Source: an uncultured Pseudomonadales bacterium (lineage in GTDB: Bacteria; Patescibacteriota; Microgenomatia; UBA1400; UBA12028). From it: a DNA stretch of 64,000 nt. Shown here one piece after another: positions 57,254 to 64,000 of the stretch; position 1 is the stretch's first letter, and every line of letters starts with the position of its first letter. A program made the translations under genes and the position numbers. Location: contig CAZWPK010000001.1 of the NCBI GenBank assembly GCA_964635905.1, positions 224,293 to 288,292 of the forward strand, in the 5' to 3' direction. A model generated the notes under the pieces. The model made no database searches. It was not told the origin of the DNA and saw nothing but the letters and a program-made list of their open reading frames with translations.

Positions 57254-59161
57254 CTAAGTTGCTTGATTCTCTGATTTTATAGTCACAAACAATTTCTGAA
57301 CGCTATCCTTCATCGCAGTATAGTCTCGGACATTTGCTTCAGTTTTATCTGTCGGAGTCGAAATGCTATCAGTATGATACTCTCGGATTTTGTTTCGGAT
57401 TACAGCTAACAGCGTATCTCGAATATCAATATTTCTAGCCAAAACTTCTTGAATGTCTGCCGCAATTCCAAGTGTTGATAGATAGGACTCAATCAGTGGA
57501 ATATTTTGCGCTTGAATCACAAATCCCTGTTCTGCAACCCGATCAATGAATTGCTGATCTAGTGGCGTGAGTGATCCTTCAAACCCTGCCACAGTTCGTT
57601 GTAGATAGCGCATCATTTCTTCCAGCTCACGCATTTGCTTTGCCAGTGGACTATTCTCCCCCAATCGTTTTCGAAACGCTTCTCTTTGCGCAAGTATTGG
57701 ACTATCTGCCAATGGGGCGAGGTAGTTAAAAGTATCGTTAGGATTTCTACCAACCTCATGCACGAATAAATAGCCTTCTGTATTAAATCCACCAAGATAG
57801 AAAAGTCGACGTTGGGCAGTTTGAATTTCAGGTAAGTAGGCAGCTCTGTAGCTTGGAACTTTCGCTAACGCATCAAAAAAACGTTGTAACAAGAAAACAT
57901 GTTCAGTATTGATAGGGAAATCGGGTTCTTTTGAGATTGTAGGATCTAAGGCAGAGCGAAGAAGCATTTCAGGAGATAGTTGAAACTGTGTAGAAAGCAA
58001 GGCGAGTCCGCGCAACTTTTCCGTGAAATTTAATCCTTTATCCCAGAAACCGTCAGGAAGTCTTGTGGAATCTTGTGATAACTGATCAAAGAAGGTAAGT
58101 AGCATTCGATAGTTCTCTTTTTTATCCGTTAAGAGAGCCTCAAGTCGAGTGCGCTCCCTGATTTGATCCTCTTTTGGTAGTTGGTTAATTCGATCTAACA
58201 GATGGAGAATGGCGACAGAATCCACACTGATCTTTCTATCTGGATGACGAAAATCAAACTTCTCTTCCATTCGCTCCAAAATCTTTCTCGGTTCTTCATC
58301 ACGCTCAAATGGAGCATCAAGCGTGAAAATATTCAATGAGATGTGTAACTTAAGACTCAGTAACAAGGGATGATCGGGCGGCAGCGTGTCAGTGAGGTAC
58401 GCAAGAACGTTCTTTCTTTGAATGGGAGATAACGATCGCACCAGAGTTTCGAGGGAATGTCCGATCGCGGGCCAGGAGTCGTCAGAGTTTTGATGCGGAG
58501 CTGGTATAACTTCCGTATAGAGCGTATACAGCGTTAAGATTTTTTCAGGCGAAAGCACGTGGAGAACTGATGTTGGAATCTCAAATGAGTGGGCGGTCTT
58601 GAAGAGGTTTTGCACACTGGCAACATCATCAGCCAGTAAAGCGATTCCAATATACAAACCACGGCGTCTCTTTTCTGAGAGGTCCTCATACTGACCTTGT
58701 TCAAATTTTACAAACGGACGAATCTGAGCAAGTTTCTGCTGAATAGGCAAATTGTCGCTGATCGCCAATAACGAACCGAGTATTTCCTCTGCGCCTGCCG
58801 GATAATATCCCTTCAAATTGATCGGTAATTCATCGGTTAGCCCCTGATTAGCAACAGCAATGATTTCTGGGTCTGATGCAATGCCTGCCTCAATCGCTGC
58901 TAGGACGGTCTTCTTATTGATTGCATATCCTTTTGCAGTGGCGATTGTAAGATCATGTTCCAGCGCAAGTGCAGGATCGACTGGAAGGGGATACTCATGA
59001 ACGTCTAAAGGAAACGTCCGTTCGTTAGACTCAACATTGCCTACTGTGTTCTGGGATTGTACATCTTCTCGAAAATTTCGCTTAAATAATTTTCCAAGTC
59101 GTTCTCTCCACCCTGCTTTTTCTGGTTTTTCAGATGATTCTTTACCTTGGTGTGTTTCCAT
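57254..59161 (-). CDS. Large hypothetical helical protein (orphan)
   Basis: ~635-aa ORF. Confidence 0.8.
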   Translation of the reverse strand: METHQGKESSEKPEKAGWRERLGKLFKRNFREDVQSQNTVGNVESNERTFPLDVHEYPLPVDPALALEHDLTIATAKGYAINKKTVLAAIEAGIASDPEIIAVANQGLTDELPINLKGYYPAGAEEILGSLLAISDNLPIQQKLAQIRPFVKFEQGQYEDLSEKRRRGLYIGIALLADDVASVQNLFKTAHSFEIPTSVLHVLSPEKILTLYTLYTEVIPAPHQNSDDSWPAIGHSLETLVRSLSPIQRKNVLAYLTDTLPPDHPLLLSLKLHISLNIFTLDAPFERDEEPRKILERMEEKFDFRHPDRKISVDSVAILHLLDRINQLPKEDQIRERTRLEALLTDKKENYRMLLTFFDQLSQDSTRLPDGFWDKGLNFTEKLRGLALLSTQFQLSPEMLLRSALDPTISKEPDFPINTEHVFLLQRFFDALAKVPSYRAAYLPEIQTAQRRLFYLGGFNTEGYLFVHEVGRNPNDTFNYLAPLADSPILAQREAFRKRLGENSPLAKQMRELEEMMRYLQRTVAGFEGSLTPLDQQFIDRVAEQGFVIQAQNIPLIESYLSTLGIAADIQEVLARNIDIRDTLLAVIRNKIREYHTDSISTPTDKTEANVRDYTAMKDSVQKLFVTIKSENQAT

Positions 59162-59299
59162 AACGTAGGTGCAACAAGAATAGATCAACTACTTACGCAT
59201 TCCATCCTACATCAACGGACTCTTCTTTGGAAGACTTTGTCGTGGTAATGGCATCCGAGCCTACCTAGTACTCTTGCTTTTTTTTGGTACACTGAGCCC

Positions 59300-60907
59300 A
59301 TGAGCTGGTATCGAACCTATCGACCCCAACGCTTCTCCGACTTACATAGTACTTCTGTCCGACAAGCGTATCTTCGTCTTTTGGAATCCGGATCCTTTTC
59401 CCATGCCTATCTGCTCACTGGTCCCAAAGGAACAGGGAAGACGAGTGGAGCCCGAATTCTTTCAAAGATGCTCAACTGCGATGCGAACAAAGAAGCGGTT
59501 CTCCAGAGCATGGATCCGACAACAGGAAGCAAAAAAAAGAGTGTCACTTTTACGGAACCCTGTAACAGCTGTTCTTCCTGTCTTGCCATCACCAAAGGCA
59601 CCAGTATGTCGGTCCTGGAAATGGATGCTGCAAGTAACCGTGGGATCGATGATATTCGGGCACTGCGGGAACGCATCGGGCTTTCTCCCGCGGATGGGCA
59701 GGTAGCAGTGTATATTATCGATGAAGTCCACATGCTTACTACGGAGGCCTTTAATGCCCTCTTAAAAGTCTTGGAAGAACCTCCAGCCCATGTCGTCTTC
59801 ATCCTTGCAACCACCGACCCACAAAAAATCCCAGCTACCGTCATTTCTCGTTGTACTCAAATTGGGTATACCAAAGCGAGTGCCTCTGAGATTGCCCAAG
59901 CACTGGAACAGGTGGCAACCAAAGAATCACTGGTCGCTGATCCCGAGGTTCTGATCCGCATTGCAAAACTTGCCGACGGAAGTTTTCGCGATGCCGTCAA
60001 ACTCTTGGAATCCGTCGGGGTAGGGAAAAAAACGCTCGGGATTGCAGAGCTGGAAGCAGTGATCGGCACAGGATCTACTTCTCAGGTTTCTGCTCTACTG
60101 AACGCGCTCATCGCCAAAGACAGTGCGCAGGTGAGTGCCGTGTTTGAGTCCCTGCAATCGGAAGGTCGACAAGGGGCAAGTTTTCAGGTGGAGGTTATCA
60201 CAACGCTCCATGCTCGATTGCTTGAATATGCGAAAACCGGGGATAAGCGTCTAGCCACGGTTGTGGCGCTAGTTAAACAGGTAGCAGTGCCCTTAGAACC
60301 CAGTCTTCCCATTCCTTGGATTGGCTTTGAGTTAGCGTGTGTAGAGTGGACGTTATCCGGAACAACGTCGATGACATCACTCCCACCGCCCGTATCCCTA
60401 CCCACAGCAAATGCTACAACCTCGACACCTTCGAATGCTCCGGTAAAGTCCCCAACCAGCACGAAGAAAAAAGAGAGTATTCCACCAGTAGTTGTAGTAC
60501 CAAAACCCGTAGCGGAAACCCAAATTGCTCCAGAGGTAATTCCCATCGATTCTGTAGTGAGTGTGGTAGACTTTTCTCTCATCGAGACCAAATGGATAAC
60601 GATCCTTCAGAATGTGAAAATAAAAAGTAATTCTGTGGAAGGGTTACTTCGTGCTACACGTCCAAAAGCGATTACGAATAACAAACTCATTATTGAAGCG
60701 GGGTATCAATTTCATAAGGAACAATTAGAGGTAGAACGCAATCGGCATGTAATTGAAACAGTTCTAGAATCGATCTGTGGTTCACCACTCCAAGTTGAAT
60801 TCGTGGTTGGAATAAAAACCACAGTACTCAACTCACCGCATAATAATGTTTCGGGAGCAGTGGCGGATGATTCCTTAGTAAAAGCGGCTGCAGAGGCTTT
60901 TGCGTAG
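59300..60907 (+). CDS. dnaX: DNA polymerase III subunit gamma/tau
   Basis: YRTYRPQRF, GPKGTGKT, EMDAASNRG, IIDEVHML, LKVLEEPP and SRC. Confidence 0.97.
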   Translation: MSWYRTYRPQRFSDLHSTSVRQAYLRLLESGSFSHAYLLTGPKGTGKTSGARILSKMLNCDANKEAVLQSMDPTTGSKKKSVTFTEPCNSCSSCLAITKGTSMSVLEMDAASNRGIDDIRALRERIGLSPADGQVAVYIIDEVHMLTTEAFNALLKVLEEPPAHVVFILATTDPQKIPATVISRCTQIGYTKASASEIAQALEQVATKESLVADPEVLIRIAKLADGSFRDAVKLLESVGVGKKTLGIAELEAVIGTGSTSQVSALLNALIAKDSAQVSAVFESLQSEGRQGASFQVEVITTLHARLLEYAKTGDKRLATVVALVKQVAVPLEPSLPIPWIGFELACVEWTLSGTTSMTSLPPPVSLPTANATTSTPSNAPVKSPTSTKKKESIPPVVVVPKPVAETQIAPEVIPIDSVVSVVDFSLIETKWITILQNVKIKSNSVEGLLRATRPKAITNNKLIIEAGYQFHKEQLEVERNRHVIETVLESICGSPLQVEFVVGIKTTVLNSPHNNVSGAVADDSLVKAAAEAFA

Positions 60908-60987
60908 ATGTGAATGTGTCTTATCTGTTCAGTGTCGAAAAATAGTATTCGTTCTTTGTTCTATCTATGCGCTGGTCAATCGAAAAA

Positions 60988-62310
60988 ATGACTTACAACG
61001 AACCACGACAAGAGTTGCCCTCTGAAGTATTTCAAGATGTAATTGTATTAAAGAGAACATTCTTTCAACGAATTTCAAGGCCTGGCTGGATACTTCAATG
61101 GCAGAAGATCAGCGATAGGCAACGGCAGAACGATTTTAAAGAAACACAAATCGAGCACACCACTCACCATGATTTAGCTGGTTCCCACTATCTAAATACA
61201 TTGTCACCAATCACTGGGATTGCGGAAAAAAGCGGAAACATCTTGGATACGGATGCCGTGTACTACTTCTCCTTTATTTGTTTTCCATATGCGGATTTAT
61301 CTTCGACTGATGCCTCCACTTTCTTAGACTATGCGTTATCTCAGGAGTTTGGGTCAACAGTAGCTGGTCAGCAGCTATTGGAACTACAACAACGATTATC
61401 TTATAATGTGCACTGGTCTCTCCAACTACCGCGTGTTTCGACTGAGGAAATTGAAGCCTGGGGACCAGGTGTGGTGCCGTTTATTCAAAGCTTAGGCTTA
61501 GAACCATACTGGAGGAGTCATCCTTCTTTAGAGCATTGGAAAAAAGCGCTCGTGCCAATCTGTGATTTCTTAGAAAGACTTGAAGCATTTTGTTATGCAA
61601 CGTTTGTTATGGATACGGTCTCAAGGGACATCACGAACTTGATTCCGTCTTGGAAAAAACTGAATGAACGAACTAAAAAGCATTTGATCGTTCATATCCA
61701 CAACTATAGCTCAATAGTGCAGGATAAGCTCATTCCTGGAGATTTTCATCACCTTATCATCAACATTCAGGATCATTTACCAGAGCCAGCTGAATTTTCT
61801 TCAGATTATTTGACGTTTAGTCATGAGTACGCCCATGCCATCGTGCAAGAATTTTTCTTTTCGACGACCAAACAATTGGATCACATTCAAAACCCTCAAT
61901 TGATCGGGATGATTCATGAGGCAATTGCGATCACAGTGGAACAGGCATTCATTCAACTCTATGCACTGGATCCACACGAAAAATCGTTTCTTAACTGGGC
62001 ATCAGACAGAACATCGGACACAAAAACCGTATTGCAGGGACGCAGAGATCGCGATCTAAACGACTATCCTTTCGAGCCAAAGATCACTCACTATACAGAA
62101 GGAGTTCGCCTCGCACGGAAGCTGCAAGCAAAAGGATGGAGAGTCGAAGATATACCTGTTCTCTTGGAGCGAATTCGAAACATCTTTTTTAAGGTCATGC
62201 AAACGAAGGACGTTTATGCAATGTATTCTGTTGGACTGACGTTTGATCCGGCATCAGCCTATCAAAAAATCATTCGTACCTTGTTGGAGGAGCAACCACC
62301 CAAACAATGA
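60988..62310 (+). CDS. Orphan with gluzincin-type zinc metallopeptidase motif
   Basis: HEYAH with downstream IHEAIA as third ligand; alternative start at 60967. Confidence 0.7.
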   Translation: MTYNEPRQELPSEVFQDVIVLKRTFFQRISRPGWILQWQKISDRQRQNDFKETQIEHTTHHDLAGSHYLNTLSPITGIAEKSGNILDTDAVYYFSFICFPYADLSSTDASTFLDYALSQEFGSTVAGQQLLELQQRLSYNVHWSLQLPRVSTEEIEAWGPGVVPFIQSLGLEPYWRSHPSLEHWKKALVPICDFLERLEAFCYATFVMDTVSRDITNLIPSWKKLNERTKKHLIVHIHNYSSIVQDKLIPGDFHHLIINIQDHLPEPAEFSSDYLTFSHEYAHAIVQEFFFSTTKQLDHIQNPQLIGMIHEAIAITVEQAFIQLYALDPHEKSFLNWASDRTSDTKTVLQGRRDRDLNDYPFEPKITHYTEGVRLARKLQAKGWRVEDIPVLLERIRNIFFKVMQTKDVYAMYSVGLTFDPASAYQKIIRTLLEEQPPKQ

Positions 62311-62423
62311 ATACATCGTAGTCTCACTCACAGAGTTTCTCGGTTAAACAAGTTATCTTAGTTTGGATCATTCATGATAAAATAAGCAAGATTCTACACA
62401 GTAGAAAATGAGAAGGAGCACAC

Positions 62424-62705
62424 ATGGCAAACCCATTACAAAAACTCGGTGACTTAAACCAATTGCGTCAGCAAGCAATGCAAATGCAGCAACAATTGGC
62501 TGCCGAAGAAATTGAAGTCGTCAAAGGTGATATCCGTGTGGTGATCACTGGCGATCAGAAAATAAAGGTCTTTACCGTGCAAGGAATTACCTCCCAACAA
62601 GCAATTGATGCACTCAATGAAGCAGTCAAGAAATCGCAAGAATTAGCAGCACGTAAGCTACAGCAGATGAGTGGTGGTTTGGGTGGGTTATTGGGAGGAA
62701 AATAA
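62424..62705 (+). CDS. ybaB: YbaB/EbfC nucleoid-associated protein
   Basis: QQAMQMQQQLAAEEIEV, VVITGDQ and ALNEAVKKS; usual neighbour of dnaX. Confidence 0.88.
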   Translation: MANPLQKLGDLNQLRQQAMQMQQQLAAEEIEVVKGDIRVVITGDQKIKVFTVQGITSQQAIDALNEAVKKSQELAARKLQQMSGGLGGLLGGK

Positions 62706-62735
62706 TCGTTCTTTCCTACTTTTATCGACAAGACT

Positions 62736-62763
62736 AACGCAGCTCTAACCAGGCTGCGTTTTT
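62736..62763. terminator. Terminator between convergent genes
   Basis: AACGCAGC..GCTGCGTT plus Ts. Confidence 0.75.
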
Positions 62764-62799
62764 AATTGTAAGGGAATGTCTCGTAACCGTCACCCTACA

Positions 62800-63474
62800 T
62801 TAGGGGATGGGGGTAGCGGTCAACTTTAAGCTATAGACTTTGCGTGCACTAGCTGTAGCGCCAGTTGTTTCCGGCAGGATGACAATTAGCGGATCGGTTG
62901 CCTGTATTGTGGCTTTATTAATTCTTTCGCCCAAGATGTTGACAAACTGGGTGGCGCTCGTAATAGGAACATCAAGATTTTGTCCGCCATTTTCTCCCAG
63001 TGATCGTGCTTTCAAGAGTCGTGTAGTGGAGGAATTAAAGGAGAGCCAGATTGCTTTGCGTTTGGTTGGGAAAATCGATTCGTCGGAGACGATGACACGT
63101 TTTCCGACATAGGTTTCACTGTCATCCATGCTGCCTAAGACCATGACGGGGGAATTCAATTCTACCTCTTCTTTTTGGATTGGCTTATTGGCTTTGAGAA
63201 ACACCACATCTTTTGCTAGTTCCACAACGCGCATGGGGCCAGCATAGCTTTTGATTTGCAGACTGGATCCCACACTTTTCTCCAGCGTACCCACAATTGC
63301 AAAGGTTTTAAGCTCGGTAGAGGTACCGGCAACTTTACTTCCGGATTCAATCACGCGCTGCACGTGTTCTTTAATCGTATTGGTTACTTCTTCATCAATG
63401 GAGGTTTGTGCAGCGACTGGCATCGGAAAGACTAGCGCGATGGTGAGTAGGAAAAAAAGAATGCGTGTGTTCAT
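62800..63474 (-). CDS. Exported hypothetical protein with repeated small beta (DUF5666-like) modules
   Basis: Signal peptide MNTRILFFLL...VAA; ATG at 63474. Confidence 0.65.
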   Translation of the reverse strand: MNTRILFFLLTIALVFPMPVAAQTSIDEEVTNTIKEHVQRVIESGSKVAGTSTELKTFAIVGTLEKSVGSSLQIKSYAGPMRVVELAKDVVFLKANKPIQKEEVELNSPVMVLGSMDDSETYVGKRVIVSDESIFPTKRKAIWLSFNSSTTRLLKARSLGENGGQNLDVPITSATQFVNILGERINKATIQATDPLIVILPETTGATASARKVYSLKLTATPIP

Positions 63475-63478
63475 AGTG

Positions 63479-63985
63479 TTATGGTCTTGCGGTCGGACTT
63501 GGTGATGGTTTTGTGGTTGCACTCGTTGTTGCTTGACCGGGTAGGCTGAAATCTTCTCGGGCATAGACGACGGTACGCGTTGTTTCTACGGAGTTTTGTC
63601 CCGCAAGCATGGCTTTGATGGTAAAAATGTTTGCTCCAGAGGAAAGTGTCGCTTGTGCAGAGAAATTACCTTGTTTATCAGAAAAAACGATGATTTCTTT
63701 CTCATTGTGTAAAATGACGACTGGGATCTCTGCTTGCGTAGCACCGGTGATATTGAGGGTGGGAGTAAACACGAGTGCATCCTGAGTAGGAGAACTCACC
63801 GTAAGTCCGGATTGTGAGGGTGCGCTCGTCTGGGTAGGGATGTTTGCCGCAGGGGAGGCTAACACTTGAAAGGTAGCTTCAGGATTTGCCGTCTGCACTG
63901 CTTGGCGTGCACGATACATCCCGACGGTGATGATCAATCCACCAACCAGCCCTAAGATAACAGCGATTAAAACTTCCTTTTTCAT
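63479..63985 (-). CDS. Membrane-anchored Ig-like domain protein
   Basis: N-terminal TM; LTVSSP...ITGAT...DKQGNFS...LSSGANIFTI. Confidence 0.75.
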   Translation of the reverse strand: MKKEVLIAVILGLVGGLIITVGMYRARQAVQTANPEATFQVLASPAANIPTQTSAPSQSGLTVSSPTQDALVFTPTLNITGATQAEIPVVILHNEKEIIVFSDKQGNFSAQATLSSGANIFTIKAMLAGQNSVETTRTVVYAREDFSLPGQATTSATTKPSPSPTARP

Positions 63986-64000
63986 ACAGCGTAGAGCTAT

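Noticed and set aside
59189-59299. SRP RNA (ffs), often found upstream of dnaX
   Set aside because: No CAGG-x-GGAA/GNRA-x-AGCA domain IV motif is visible.
59531-59539. In-frame A-AAA-AAG slippery heptamer in dnaX
   Set aside because: It lies at about codon 79, inside the AAA+ domain, so a shift would give a useless fragment rather than gamma. The later AAAAAAG at 60467 is in the wrong frame (AAA AAA G).
1-64000. Alternative genetic code 25 (UGA=Gly)
   Set aside because: Long conserved genes are intact under code 11, and TGA acts as a stop in ATGA overlaps (7912, 8982, 41711, 51136).

Overview
Gene-dense chromosomal window from a reduced-genome bacterium that uses standard code 11. It is most likely Patescibacteria/CPR of Microgenomates type; this is inferred from the short EF-Ts, an rpsB-tsf-frr-rseP cluster lacking pyrH/uppS/cdsA/dxr, DUF3048 and LytR_C proteins, Cys-rich WxExAP-ending exported proteins, and many orphans. 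Contents: thyA-like 3' end and tmk; an argG::MGS / CodA-like deaminase / pyrD / pyrE / pyrF operon with no carAB, pyrB or pyrC; nucleotide-salvage and C1 genes (PNP, glyA, HD hydrolase, nfo, folD); translation genes; a surface-protein island; secDF; a type I R-M system; prs; proS behind a T-box; ybeY, dnaX and ybaB. I found no tRNA, rRNA, CRISPR array or transposase. The best candidate for an undescribed system is the argG-led pyrimidine operon, which may reach dihydroorotate through argininosuccinate without PyrB/PyrC. Other signals: pervasive leaderless promoters; a transcriptional T-box with an ultrashort Stem I and an orphan gene inserted before proS; orphan genes gated by terminator-ended leaders; a triple-palindrome res-like site; and a possible pseudoknotted ncRNA. 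All family calls come from motif recognition by eye, not from database searches.
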